A stretch of 64,000 bases of DNA from a bacterium (GTDB taxonomy: Bacteria; UBA8248), in the NCBI GenBank assembly GCA_965199855.1, contig OZ241326.1:1472001-1536000 (forward strand), read 5' to 3'. Shown here one piece after another: positions 1-9,832 of this stretch. Within the stretch, counting starts at the first letter, position 1. Every line of letters begins with the position of its first letter. The notes beneath the pieces are model-generated. The model saw nothing but the letters and a program-made list of their open reading frames with translations, did no database searches and was not told the DNA's origin. The translations under genes and the position numbers were made by a program.

Positions 1-1
1 C

Positions 2-406
2 GAAGTGGAAGCGGCCCGCGCCGCCGTCTTCCGCCACCTCGATGGCGCCCATGGCGTCGAGGCGGAGGAGGGCCATGTCCGTCAGGTCTTCCTGGGAGAG
101 CGGGGCGGCGCCCAGGTGGGTGTGGACGCACCGGAGACCCCTGAGCCTCGCCATGCCGGCGCGCGCGCGGCCCAGCTCCGGTATCTCGATCCGCCTCGCG
201 TCGCCGACGATCACGTAGCGCACCGCGCCGGGCCGGTCGATGAGCAGCCCGATCTGCCGCGAGATTTCATGCGACAAAAGCGCGAGCTCGCGCCCGAGCT
301 CCAGGTGAATGAATTGGCCGGGGGGTATCTTGCGGCGGTAAAGCCTTTCCAGCGCCTTGATTTGTTTGGGCTTCAGCCCGGTGAGCCGACCATGAAGTCT
401 GGCGAT
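2..406 (-). CDS. hflX: GTPase HflX, long N-terminal form (5' part only, runs off the window start)
   Basis: Not in the ORF track. Manual translation gives IARLHGRLTGLKPKQIKALERLYRRKIPP...SHEISRQIGLLIDRPGAVRYVIVGD...RLRGLRCVHTHL...LSQEDLTDMALLRLD, the N-terminal extension of long HflX proteins. Start is uncertain (ATC at 406 or TTG at 454). Confidence 0.85.
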   Translation of the reverse strand, partial: MARLHGRLTGLKPKQIKALERLYRRKIPPGQFIHLELGRELALLSHEISRQIGLLIDRPGAVRYVIVGDARRIEIPELGRARAGMARLRGLRCVHTHLGAAPLSQEDLTDMALLRLDAMGAIEVAEDGGAGRFHF

Positions 407-504
407 GGCGAGGCGCTCCCCAAGGGAAACGGGCGATACGGCGGCGGCGCCCAAGGCGGCTTCCGGCCCAAAGATACGCCAGGTTCGGCGGCGGCGCAAG
501 ATGA

Positions 505-534
505 TTGACACCCCCCGCGGCGTTTCAATAGACT
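505..534 (+). promoter_or_regulatory. sigma70-type promoter for mgtE-thioesterase-leuS
   Basis: TTGACA (505-510), 18 nt, TAGACT (529-534). Confidence 0.6.
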
Positions 535-581
535 CTACGCCCCCTGAAGGCCGCATTCATCCGCTTCTCGAGGCATGGGCC

Positions 582-1949
582 ATGGTGAACGAGCGCGACC
601 CGAGGCTTCTGCGCGTGGAGGACATGGTGCGCCGGCTTTTGAGGCACAAGGCCGACGCGAACCTCTCCAACGCGCTGGAGAAAATGCACGCGGCCGAGGT
701 GGCGCAGATTTTTCAGCACTTCCTGCCCGAAGAGCGCCAGGAGGCGTTCTCGCTGGTCCGGAGCCGGGAGCACCGCGCCTCCATTCTCACGGAATCGGAC
801 TCCCACATCGTGCGGGAGCTCCTGGAGCCGGAGACGAACGAGGACGTGATTCCGCTTCTCAAGGAACTGGACAGCGACGACGCCCGATACATTCTCGAAA
901 CCCTGCCGGAGGAGCGCTCCCGGGAGATCGTGGCCCTGCTCGACGCGCCGGAGACCGAAGCCATCCAGGACATGATGGCGTATCTGCCGGAAACCGCGGG
1001 CGCCATCATGACGGATTCCTACGTGGCGCTTCACGAGGAGCTCACGGTGGACGAGGCCATCTCCCGGGTGCGCAAGGCCGGCGAGGTGGACTACATCTTC
1101 TACGTCTACGTCATCGACTCGAACGACTGCCTGAGAGGGGTGATCAGCCTGCGGCAGCTGTTGCTGGCGGACCCCTCCAAGCCCCTGTCCGAAGTCATGA
1201 TCACCAACGTCTGGAGCGAGAACGTCCACGCCGACCAGGAGCACGTCGCGCGCGTCGTCTCGCGCTACAACATCCTGGCCATCCCCATCGTCGATGACGA
1301 CAACGCGCTGGTCGGAATCGTCACGGTGGACGACGTGCTCGACGTTCTGAGAGAGGAGGCGACCGAGGACATCCTGAAGATGGCGGGGACGCACTCCTAT
1401 CAGGACGAGGTGACGGCCCTTTCCGTCAGGCGCCTCGCGTGGGTGCGCCTGCCTTGGCTGTTCTTCAGCTGGCTGGGGGGCATTCTGGCCGCCCAGCTGA
1501 TTCATCAGTATTCCGAGGAGCTGAGCAGGGTGGTGGCTCTCGCCGCGTTCATGCCGGTGATCATCGGCATGGCGGGCAACGTGGGCACCCAGAGCGCCAC
1601 CATCGTCGTCCGCGGTCTGGCGACCGGACGCATCGACCCCAAGTCGTGGATTCGCGTCATCCTGAAGGAGGTGGCCGTCGGCGCGCTTCTGGGCGTCTGC
1701 TACGGCGTGCTTCTGGGGCTGCTGGCGGCGTATCAGTTTTCCTCGGTCGCCTGGCTGGGCTTCGTCGTGGGGCTCGCTATCTGCGTGACGATGGCGTTCT
1801 CCGCCCTGCTCGCGTCGTTTCTGCCGCTCGTGCTTCACCGGTTTCGGGTGGACCCGGCCGTGGCGACGGGGCCCTTCGTCACAACGGGCGTCGACGTGCT
1901 GGGGCTCTTGATCTATCTGAACATCGCCCGGCTGTTTCTCTTCGCGTGA
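582..1949 (+). CDS. mgtE: Magnesium transporter MgtE
   Basis: MgtE N-domain, tandem CBS (TAGAIMT, YVYVID, GIVTVDD), GMAGNVGTQS and DPAVATGPFVTT motifs. Start moved to ATG 582 (GAGG upstream, downstream of the promoter). Confidence 0.95.
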   Translation: MVNERDPRLLRVEDMVRRLLRHKADANLSNALEKMHAAEVAQIFQHFLPEERQEAFSLVRSREHRASILTESDSHIVRELLEPETNEDVIPLLKELDSDDARYILETLPEERSREIVALLDAPETEAIQDMMAYLPETAGAIMTDSYVALHEELTVDEAISRVRKAGEVDYIFYVYVIDSNDCLRGVISLRQLLLADPSKPLSEVMITNVWSENVHADQEHVARVVSRYNILAIPIVDDDNALVGIVTVDDVLDVLREEATEDILKMAGTHSYQDEVTALSVRRLAWVRLPWLFFSWLGGILAAQLIHQYSEELSRVVALAAFMPVIIGMAGNVGTQSATIVVRGLATGRIDPKSWIRVILKEVAVGALLGVCYGVLLGLLAAYQFSSVAWLGFVVGLAICVTMAFSALLASFLPLVLHRFRVDPAVATGPFVTTGVDVLGLLIYLNIARLFLFA

Positions 1950-1970
1950 TCAGCGGCGGGTTCAGTCGGT

Positions 1971-2393
1971 TTGCCTCTTTCCATCGACTTCCGCGTAAGG
2001 TATGCCGAAACCGACCAGATGGGCGTGGTGCATCATTCGGTCTATTATGTATGGTTCGAGCAGCTCAGGACGGCGTATTTCCGCCGCATGGGATTTCCCT
2101 ACGGGCGACTGGAGGAGCGGGGCGTCTATTTTCCGGTGGTGGAGAGCCGCTGCCGCCACAGGGAGGGCGCCCGGTATGACGGGAGAGTGAAGGTCACCGG
2201 CTGGCTGAGGGAGCCCGAGGGCGTCCGCGTGCGGATCGACTATCGCGTGGAGCAGGAGGAGCGCGTTCTGGCGGAAGGATATACGCTTCACGCGAGAACC
2301 GACGCGCGGGGGAAGCCGGCGCGCATTCCGCCCGGGATTCTCGAAAAACTGAGGGAGGAGGCCGCGCCCGCGGCGGAGGGGCCGCGCCTGTAA
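1971..2393 (+). CDS. Acyl-CoA thioesterase, YbgC/FadM (hotdog fold) family
   Basis: RVRYAETDQMGVVHHSVYYVWFE signature. Confidence 0.9.
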   Translation: MPLSIDFRVRYAETDQMGVVHHSVYYVWFEQLRTAYFRRMGFPYGRLEERGVYFPVVESRCRHREGARYDGRVKVTGWLREPEGVRVRIDYRVEQEERVLAEGYTLHARTDARGKPARIPPGILEKLREEAAPAAEGPRL

Positions 2394-2475
2394 AGGGCGG
2401 CGATCTTCCCGAAGCGGGCGAAGCGCCCGCTCAGGCGTCGCGGAGAGGCATACCAGAGCACCCGTGAGGAAATCC

Positions 2476-5082
2476 ATGCTCGGCGAATACAATCCATCGA
2501 ACTACGAGGAAAAGTGGCAGGAGGTCTGGGCGGAGGAGAAGATATTCGAGACCCCCGATCATCCCGGGGAGAAGCCCGCCTATTATTCCCTGATGATGTT
2601 CCCCTACCCCTCCGGCGATCTGCACATGGGCCACGCCTGCAACTACACGATGGGCGACGCCATCAGCCGCTACCGGAAGATGCGCGGCTTCGAGGTGCTG
2701 CACCCGATGGGCTGGGACGCCCTGGGGCTGCCGGCGGAGAACGCCGCCATCAACGCCGGCGCGCATCCCGCCAGCTGGACGAAGAAGAACATCGACAACA
2801 TGAGGCGGCAGCTGCGCATGGCGGGCCTCGCCTACGACTGGCCGCGCGAGATTTCCACAGCGCATCCGGGCTACTACAAGTGGACGCAGTGGATTTTCCT
2901 CAAAATGCTCGAAAGGGGCCTGGCCTACAAGCGCGAGGCCCTCGTCAACTGGGACCCGGTGGACGGCACGGTGCTGGCGAACGAGCAGATCCACGACGGC
3001 GTCGCCTGGCGAAGCGGCGCCAGGGTGGAAAAGCGCTGGCTCAGCCAGTGGTTCCTGAAGATCACCGACTACGCGCAGCGCCTGCTCGACGATCTGGACG
3101 GCCTCGTCGGCTGGCCCGAGCACGTCAAGCAGCAGCAGAGGAACTGGCTGGGGCGCAGCGAGGGGGCGCGCATCGATTTCGCGCTCGAGGCGACCGGCGA
3201 GACGCTCTCGGTCTTCACCACGCGGCCGGATACGGTCTACGGCGTCACCTTCATGGTCTGCGCGCCCGAGCATCCCCTGATCGACCGGCTGCTGGAGGGC
3301 AATCCCCGGGCGGACGCCGTCCGCGAGGCCGTGGAGGCCATGCGGGCCCGAAGCGCCGCCGAGCGGATGAGCGAGGAGAGCGAAAAGACGGGCGTTCACA
3401 CCGGCCATTTCATCGTCAACCCGGTCAACGGCGAGCGGGTCCCCCTGCTCGTGGCCGACTACGCGCTGATGGAATACGGCACGGGCATCGTCATGGGCGT
3501 GCCCGCGCACGATCAGCGCGATCTTCTCTTCGCGCGAAAATACGGCATCCCCGTCAAGGTGGTGATTCAGCGTCCCGAGGGAGGGCTGGACGGCGCCTCG
3601 ATGGAGCAGGCGTACGTGGAAGACGGCGTGATGGAGAATTCCGGGCCCTTCGACGGACAGCCGAACCGCGAGGCGTATCCCCGGATGATCGACTACTTCG
3701 CGGAGAAGGGCTTCGGCGACAGGACGGTCAACTGGCGTCTGCGGGACTGGCTCATCTCGCGCCAGCGGTATTGGGGGGTGCCCATACCGGTCATCTACGA
3801 GGAGGACGGAAGCATCACCCCGGCGCCCGACGAGCATCTGCCCGTCATGCACCCGCGCGACGTCGAATTCACGGGCCGGGGGGGAAATCCCCTGAGCCAG
3901 AGCGCCGACTTCGTGAACGTCGTCAGCCCGAGGACGGGCAGGCCCGCCCGCCGCGAGACCGACACGATGGACACGTTTGTGGATTCGTCCTGGTATTATC
4001 TGCGATACGTCAGCCCCCGTGACGATTCCGCCGCGTTTCAATCGGAAAACGTGAACCGCTGGCTGCCGGTGACCCAGTATATCGGGGGAGCGGAGCACGC
4101 GGTGATGCACCTGCTCTACTCCCGCTTCTTTACGAAGGCGCTTTACGACATGGGCCTCGTCTCCTTCGAGGAGCCGTTCGAGAACCTCTTCACCCAGGGG
4201 ATGGTGTGCCGGATGGCCTATTACGTGGCCGAGGCGCGCGGCCGCGTCTGGGTGCCCTACCAGGACGTGGACGAGGAATCCCTGCTCGTCTCGGCGGACG
4301 GCCCCAGCGGGAGCGGCTACCGCGCCGGCCAGAAGGTGGCCGCCGAGATGGCCTCGATGAGCAAGTCGAAGATGAACGGGGTCTCCATCGAGGAATGCAC
4401 CGGGAAATACGGAGCCGACGCGGGCCGGCTCTATACGCTGTTCATCGGCCCTCCCGAACGCTCCAAGGAGTGGCGCGACGACGGGCTCATCGGCGTCCAC
4501 CGGTTCCTGCAGAGGCTCTGGACGACGGTTTCGGAGCGGCTCGAAAGTTGGCGGGCTTCGGAGCGCTATGCCGGAGACGGAGGCGGGCTGTCCGATTCGG
4601 GAAGAAGGCTCAGACGCGACGCCCACGCGACCCTGAAGGCGGTGGCGGAAGTCTATGAGAACACCTTTTCCTTCAACACGGCGGTGGCCCGCGTCATGGA
4701 GCTGGCGACTTCGCTGCGCGCGGAAGCCGCCGCCGAAAGCGCGGTTCAGCGCGAGGCGGCCGAGATTCTGCTTTGCTGCATGGCGCCGATGGCCCCGCAC
4801 GTGGCGGAGGAGCTCTGGGCGGCGCTGGGCGCGGGGAGGGCGAGCCTCTTCCGGGAGGCGTGGCCCGAGGTGGACGAGGCGGCCATCGCCGCCGAGGAGA
4901 AGGAATTCGCCGTCCAGGTGAACGGAAAGACGAGGCGCGCCTTCATGGCGCTGCCGGACGCGCCGGAGGATGAGCTCAAGGAAAAGGCGGAAGCGGCCGC
5001 CGCGGCGTACGTGAGCGGCAAGGAGATAGTGAGGCACATCGTCGTGCCGGGCCGTCTGGTGAACATCATCGTGAAGGGATAA
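2476..5082 (+). CDS. leuS: Leucine--tRNA ligase
   Basis: MFPYPSGDLHMGH (HIGH), FTTRPDT editing domain, DWLISRQRYWG, SMSKS (KMSKS), C-terminal VQVNGK. Confidence 0.98.
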   Translation: MLGEYNPSNYEEKWQEVWAEEKIFETPDHPGEKPAYYSLMMFPYPSGDLHMGHACNYTMGDAISRYRKMRGFEVLHPMGWDALGLPAENAAINAGAHPASWTKKNIDNMRRQLRMAGLAYDWPREISTAHPGYYKWTQWIFLKMLERGLAYKREALVNWDPVDGTVLANEQIHDGVAWRSGARVEKRWLSQWFLKITDYAQRLLDDLDGLVGWPEHVKQQQRNWLGRSEGARIDFALEATGETLSVFTTRPDTVYGVTFMVCAPEHPLIDRLLEGNPRADAVREAVEAMRARSAAERMSEESEKTGVHTGHFIVNPVNGERVPLLVADYALMEYGTGIVMGVPAHDQRDLLFARKYGIPVKVVIQRPEGGLDGASMEQAYVEDGVMENSGPFDGQPNREAYPRMIDYFAEKGFGDRTVNWRLRDWLISRQRYWGVPIPVIYEEDGSITPAPDEHLPVMHPRDVEFTGRGGNPLSQSADFVNVVSPRTGRPARRETDTMDTFVDSSWYYLRYVSPRDDSAAFQSENVNRWLPVTQYIGGAEHAVMHLLYSRFFTKALYDMGLVSFEEPFENLFTQGMVCRMAYYVAEARGRVWVPYQDVDEESLLVSADGPSGSGYRAGQKVAAEMASMSKSKMNGVSIEECTGKYGADAGRLYTLFIGPPERSKEWRDDGLIGVHRFLQRLWTTVSERLESWRASERYAGDGGGLSDSGRRLRRDAHATLKAVAEVYENTFSFNTAVARVMELATSLRAEAAAESAVQREAAEILLCCMAPMAPHVAEELWAALGAGRASLFREAWPEVDEAAIAAEEKEFAVQVNGKTRRAFMALPDAPEDELKEKAEAAAAAYVSGKEIVRHIVVPGRLVNIIVKG

Positions 5083-5227
5083 GATGCCCCCGGCGCCGCT
5101 TGCGGGGAGCGCTTCGGGCCGCGCGGGGCGGCATGAGCGGATGGAAGCGGGCATTCCGGAAGCGAACCATCGGGCGAAAATGGTTCCGGGTTTTTTGAGG
5201 CAAAGCCGTTCAGGGAGGAAATGACAG

Positions 5228-5680
5228 ATGGCCGAGCGACCAACGGAAATGGACGAGTTTTTGCAGGAGCCGCGCATGGCGCGAATCGCCACCACGAACG
5301 CGGACGGCTCGCCGCACGTCGTGCCGCTTTTGTATCTGTTCAATCCCGAGGACGCGAGCTTTTTCATCAGCACGGGAGACGATTCCGTTTCGGTGAGGAA
5401 TCTGAGGCGCAATCCGGCGTTTTCCATCTGCGTCGATGACGACGAGGCTCCGTTCCGCGCCGTCGTCGTCGAGGGGAAGGCGCGCATTTCCGAGGTGATG
5501 GGAACGGATCACGAGGGATTGAAAAGCGTAGTGGATCACTTCTTCGGGCCGGACATGTGGGCGAATTACGTCAACACGCCCATCGCGCAGAAGACGCGCG
5601 TGCGGGTCACGATGACGCCCAACAAATGGAAGTGGTGGGACTACCGCCGGAAATCCATGGGTTCGGTGAAGGTGGGCTGA
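5228..5680 (+). CDS. Pyridoxamine 5'-phosphate oxidase-like (PPOX/FDOR split barrel) protein
   Basis: ARIATTNADGSPHVVP, VRNLRRNP; SD GGGAGG upstream. Confidence 0.85.
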   Translation: MAERPTEMDEFLQEPRMARIATTNADGSPHVVPLLYLFNPEDASFFISTGDDSVSVRNLRRNPAFSICVDDDEAPFRAVVVEGKARISEVMGTDHEGLKSVVDHFFGPDMWANYVNTPIAQKTRVRVTMTPNKWKWWDYRRKSMGSVKVG

Positions 5681-5704
5681 GCTCTCAGCCGATCTTCAGG
5701 CTCG

Positions 5705-5739
5705 AAAAGGCCCCGGAGGCGATTCTCCGGGGCTTTTTT
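5705..5739. terminator. Intrinsic terminator, probably bidirectional
   Basis: AAAAGG-CCCCGGAG-gcgatt-CTCCGGGG-CTTTTTT between convergent genes. Confidence 0.8.
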
Positions 5740-5897
5740 CGCCGGGGAAGCGCGCGTGTCCGCCGCGACCGGGCTTGCGCCTTTCGTTCCCGCCCGTCCT
5801 CCCGCAGCCGCTCTTTCTCACGGGCGCCGGCGGTTCCCCAAAAGAGTTTCCGGCTGGCGCCTGAAATCAGGACGGAAGTTCCCGGCGGTTCCGCGCC

Positions 5898-6734
5898 TCA
5901 CCGCCTTTCGGCGCGCTCGCCTCTGGCCTGCTCGATCATGCGGGCGAGCTGGCGCGGCGTGAGCGCGCCGGGGAAGAGCCGCTCTCCCACGATGAAGGCG
6001 GGCGTGCCGCGTATGCCCAGGGAGCGCGCCAGCGCGCGGTTCCTCTCGATGAGCGCCTGAATCTGCGGCGACTGCATGTCTTGCTTCAGACGGGCGGTGT
6101 CCAGCCCCAGGGAGGCGGCGAGCTTCATGACGCTCTTCTCGTCATAAGAGATTCTGGCCGCCATGAGCGCCCTGTGAAACGCGAGATACCTCCCCTGCGC
6201 CCGAGAGGCGAGCGCCGCCCTGGCCGCCAGGACGGAGTTCGGGCCGAGGATGGGAAATTCCTTATAGACGACGCGGATTCCCTTGTCCTTTGCGAGGGCT
6301 TCCTCCACGGCGGGCGCCGCCCGCTTGCAGAAGCCGCATCGGTAGTCGAAGAACTCCACAATCGTCACGTCGCCCTCGGGGTTTCCGCCGACGGGGTCTT
6401 CGGAATCCGCGTAGATTCGCCGCCGGTTTTTCCGGATGGAGGACTGGGCCGCCGCCTCGCGCTCCGCTTCCCGCTTGGCCTCGAGCGCCTGCATGGCTTC
6501 CACAAGCACTTCGGGGTTCCTGATGAGGTATTCCCTGACGATTTTTTCGATTCGTTTTCTATCCGCGCCCTGCGCGATGCGGACGGGGGCGGCTTTCGGT
6601 TTGGGAGCATGGAGGGAGGAGGGGATTCCGGCGCTTTCGCTTTTCCGGCCGTCGGCGGATGGAGGCGCGAAGGCGCTCGTGAATATCGCCGCGGCGAGGA
6701 GCAGGGCGCGCGCGGAGAGCGTCTTTTTCGACAT
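5898..6734 (-). CDS. DsbA-family thioredoxin-fold periplasmic protein (ScsC/Com1-like)
   Basis: Signal peptide, YLIRNPEVL, VEFFDYRCGFCK (CxxC), GTPAF cis-Pro loop. Confidence 0.9.
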   Translation of the reverse strand: MSKKTLSARALLLAAAIFTSAFAPPSADGRKSESAGIPSSLHAPKPKAAPVRIAQGADRKRIEKIVREYLIRNPEVLVEAMQALEAKREAEREAAAQSSIRKNRRRIYADSEDPVGGNPEGDVTIVEFFDYRCGFCKRAAPAVEEALAKDKGIRVVYKEFPILGPNSVLAARAALASRAQGRYLAFHRALMAARISYDEKSVMKLAASLGLDTARLKQDMQSPQIQALIERNRALARSLGIRGTPAFIVGERLFPGALTPRQLARMIEQARGERAERR

Positions 6735-6880
6735 GCGAGTTGCCCTTTGATGGCTGTGAGGCGACCGTCGGCGCGGAAGCCGACCCGCGCGAGCCGGCCG
6801 CGCGCGGCCATGTTATGATGCCGCGCGGCTTTGAGGCAAACGAACTTTTCCTGCGCTCGATTCGATCCGGGAGGGGAGAT

Positions 6881-7390
6881 ATGGGCTGTCACGTCGCGCG
6901 GCTGGGCCACGTCGGAATCCACGTGAGCGACGTGGAGCGCTCCGTCCGGTTCTATCGGGAGGTCGTGGGTCTGAAACTGACGGGAAAATGGGGGCCGCCC
7001 GATTTTTATCGCCCGATCTGCTTCATGCGCTGCGGGGAGAAGCACCACAATCTGGTGCTGTTCGAGCTGGCCGAGGACGCCGTGAAGGCGGGGCTGACGA
7101 CTTCGGATTCGGAGCATCGCTCGGACGTGGGCCTCCACCATCTGGCTTTCGAGGTGGACGGGCGAGAGGACTGGCTGCGCACCCAGGAGCACGTGAAGTC
7201 CTGCGGGGTGGAGTTCGTCTCCGGCCCCTACGTGCACGCCCATGAGGGACTCGACGAGAACGGGTTTGTGGGCGGAAGCGGAAGCCATGCGTTCTATTTT
7301 CTCGACCCGGACGGGAACCGGGTGGAAATCTATTGCTGGATGATGCGCGTGACGAAGCCGAGCGTCTCCGCTCCGACCCCCGATCTGTAA
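6881..7390 (+). CDS. VOC (glyoxalase/extradiol dioxygenase) family protein
   Basis: LGHVGIHVSD, GLHHLAFEV, FYFLDPDGNRVEI. Confidence 0.9.
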   Translation: MGCHVARLGHVGIHVSDVERSVRFYREVVGLKLTGKWGPPDFYRPICFMRCGEKHHNLVLFELAEDAVKAGLTTSDSEHRSDVGLHHLAFEVDGREDWLRTQEHVKSCGVEFVSGPYVHAHEGLDENGFVGGSGSHAFYFLDPDGNRVEIYCWMMRVTKPSVSAPTPDL

Positions 7391-7407
7391 GGGAGGCTTT
7401 TCGCGCG

Positions 7408-8460
7408 ATGAGCCAAGGCGGAGAGCGCGTCCTCAGCGCGGACGCCCTGCGCGACCTGATGGAGCGCATTCTTGCGGCCGCGGGCTGCGCCCACGAGCAG
7501 TGCATGACGACCGCCGACGTTCTGGTGGAAGCCGACCTCCGGGGATACGCCACCCACGGGCTGATTCGCCTGCCGAACATGGTCCGGAGAATCCGGAGCG
7601 GGATGATCAACGCCCGCGCCGCACCCCGCGTCGTGAGCGAGCGGGCGGGCAGCGCGCTGGTGGAGGGGGATCGCGCCATGGGCCCCGTGGGCGCGACCTA
7701 TGGAGCGAGCCTGGCGGCGCGAAAGGCGGAAAAAGCCGGCTCGTGCGCCGTGGGCGTCGTGAACAGCGATCATATCTGCATGACGGGCTATTACGCGGAG
7801 CGCATCGCCCGAGCCGGCTGCGTGGGAATCGTCGCCGGCGTCACGCAGCCGCTCGTCCATCCGCTCGGGGGAACCGAGCGGCTTCTGGGGACGAACCCTT
7901 TTTCGATCGCCGCGCCCAGGGACGCGGACGAGCCGGTGCTTCTCGATTTCGCGACGAGCGCGATTTCCTTCGGAAGCATCCTGAAGGCGGGCGTGACGGG
8001 AGAGCCGATTCCCGAGGGCGCGGCGGTGGGGCCCGACGGCGCGCCGACGAGAGACGCCAGGGCGGCCGCCGACGGCGCGATTGCGCCCTTCGGGGGGCAC
8101 AAGGGCTACGGCCTCTGCCTGTTGATCGGGCTTCTGGCGGGGCCTTTGCTGGGCGCCAAGGTCGGCAGGCCGCTCTCCCAATCCGTGCGGGACGGACGCT
8201 ACGACAAGGGGGACTTGTTCATCGCCATCGACCCCGCCGCCTTCGGGGAGCCGAAGGCGTTCCGGGAGATGGTGGAGGCCCATATCGTAGAGGTCAAGGG
8301 CGCGCGCAGGGCTTCCGGCGTGGAGGAAATCCGCACGCCGGGGGAGCGGAGCTTCCGGGAGAAGGGAAGAAGGCTGCGCGAGGGCGTCCCGGTCGATGCG
8401 GGCGTCTGGGAGCGGGTGGCGGAAGTGGCGGACGAGCTGAAGGTGCCCATGTATTCATGA
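7408..8460 (+). CDS. Ldh_2 family (malate/L-lactate/ureidoglycolate/sulfolactate) dehydrogenase
   Basis: EADLRGYATHG, GTNPFS, GGHKGYGL, RTPGE. Confidence 0.92.
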   Translation: MSQGGERVLSADALRDLMERILAAAGCAHEQCMTTADVLVEADLRGYATHGLIRLPNMVRRIRSGMINARAAPRVVSERAGSALVEGDRAMGPVGATYGASLAARKAEKAGSCAVGVVNSDHICMTGYYAERIARAGCVGIVAGVTQPLVHPLGGTERLLGTNPFSIAAPRDADEPVLLDFATSAISFGSILKAGVTGEPIPEGAAVGPDGAPTRDARAAADGAIAPFGGHKGYGLCLLIGLLAGPLLGAKVGRPLSQSVRDGRYDKGDLFIAIDPAAFGEPKAFREMVEAHIVEVKGARRASGVEEIRTPGERSFREKGRRLREGVPVDAGVWERVAEVADELKVPMYS

Positions 8461-8554
8461 CGGCCGGGGACGAGCCGCGCCGCTTCGGTCGTCCCGCCCG
8501 CCCCTTGTTCCCCGCGGGGGAGGAAGCCCGCGGGCCTCGCCGCGGTTCGCGCGC

Positions 8555-9832
8555 CTACGCCCTGTCCCGGGGCGGCTCATAGACGAAGAGGCAGGCGAAG
8601 ACGCAGCCCAGCAGGCCGATCGATATTCCGACGAAGGGAATCACGTAGCTTCCCGTCCAGTCGAAGATGAAGCCCGTCAGCGGGGGGCCGATGAAGCCCC
8701 CCAGCCCGAAGAAAATCTCCAGCAGCCCGATGGTGGCCCCGAACGAGGGGCCCTTGAAGGCGTCCGCGGACATGGAGGAGTGGCACACGCTCATCCCTCC
8801 CAGACCGATTCCATAGACGAGGACGAAGAGCCAGCCCATCAGGATTCTGGTCGAGAGGTGGGGAATGAGCAGGAGAATCGCTATCCCGCAGACCGTGATG
8901 AAGGAGGAAAGCGCCTGGGCGCGCTGCCTGCCGATGAAGTCGCTCAGCCAGCCCACCAGGAACGTGCCCGTCATCCGAATCGCCCCCAGCATCCCGAAAA
9001 GGAAGGCCGCCGTGGCCGTGTCGTATTCGGCATCGACAAGATACAGCTGGAGCTGGCTCAGCACCGAGTTGTTGTTCAGGCCGATGAAGAAGACGACGAA
9101 GAGAAGCGTCCAGAAGTTTTTCTCCCCGCATACCTGGCGAAACACCTCTCCCAGAGGCGGAGAGGAGGACGGGGAGGCGGGCGCCTGGGCCGGCTCGCCG
9201 GCAGGCCGGGGCGCCCCGTCGATGTGCTGGCCCACCTCCTCGGGGCCGCGTCTCAGCACCAGCGCCATGAGGGGAACGGCGACGAGGAGGATGGTCGAGC
9301 CGAAGACGAGATACGTCAGCCGCCAGCCCCTTGCGGAGATGAACCATTCGATGAGCGGTATGAATATCAGAATGCCCGTTCCGCTGCCGGAGAGCGCCAG
9401 CCCCGTGGCGAAGCCCCGCTTCTTCTGAAACCATCGGGGCATGAGCGCGCTGTGGAGGGCGAAGCCGCTCAGCGCCATGCCGACGCCCACGAACAGGCAG
9501 GGGACGAGATAGACGTGCCAGAGCTCCTCGATGAAATATCCCATGGCGACGCCCGCGCCCACGAGCACCGAGCCCCAGGGCATGACCGCGCGCGCCCCTT
9601 TTTTGTCGAACAGGCTCCCCATGAGGGGGCTGAACGCCGCGTAGCTGCCCAGCATGAGGGCGTAGGCCCCGCCCAGGGCGCCGCGCCCCCAGCCGAATTC
9701 CTGGATCAGGGGAACCTGGAAGATGGAGAAGGAGAAGCGCGCCGTCTGGTGAAGCGCCATCGTGATGAAGGAGGCGCCGACGATGAGCCAGCCGTAGTAA
9801 ATCCAGGGCCGGGCGGGTTCTCTCCGGCTCAT
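8555..9832 (-). CDS. MFS transporter (OFA/MCT-like), paralogue B
   Basis: YYGW start, about 12 hydrophobic segments, GWLSDFIGR motif. Start at MSRREPARPW, overlapping the upstream paralogue by 4 nt. Confidence 0.9.
   Translation of the reverse strand: MSRREPARPWIYYGWLIVGASFITMALHQTARFSFSIFQVPLIQEFGWGRGALGGAYALMLGSYAAFSPLMGSLFDKKGARAVMPWGSVLVGAGVAMGYFIEELWHVYLVPCLFVGVGMALSGFALHSALMPRWFQKKRGFATGLALSGSGTGILIFIPLIEWFISARGWRLTYLVFGSTILLVAVPLMALVLRRGPEEVGQHIDGAPRPAGEPAQAPASPSSSPPLGEVFRQVCGEKNFWTLLFVVFFIGLNNNSVLSQLQLYLVDAEYDTATAAFLFGMLGAIRMTGTFLVGWLSDFIGRQRAQALSSFITVCGIAILLLIPHLSTRILMGWLFVLVYGIGLGGMSVCHSSMSADAFKGPSFGATIGLLEIFFGLGGFIGPPLTGFIFDWTGSYVIPFVGISIGLLGCVFACLFVYEPPRDRA

Noticed and set aside
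311-330. Possible frameshift in the hflX G6/C6 run
   Set aside because: Recounting gives ATA CCC CCC GGC CAA, so the frame is intact
405-581. N-terminal extension of MgtE as given in the ORF track
   Set aside because: It overlaps the hflX start head-to-head and contains a TTGACA/TAGACT promoter; ATG 582 is more plausible
2431-5487. 1018-aa minus-strand ORF, and similar long ORFs at 48197-51853, 33598-36195 and 29747-31813
   Set aside because: Antisense shadows of well-supported genes, expected in high-GC DNA; no recognisable motifs
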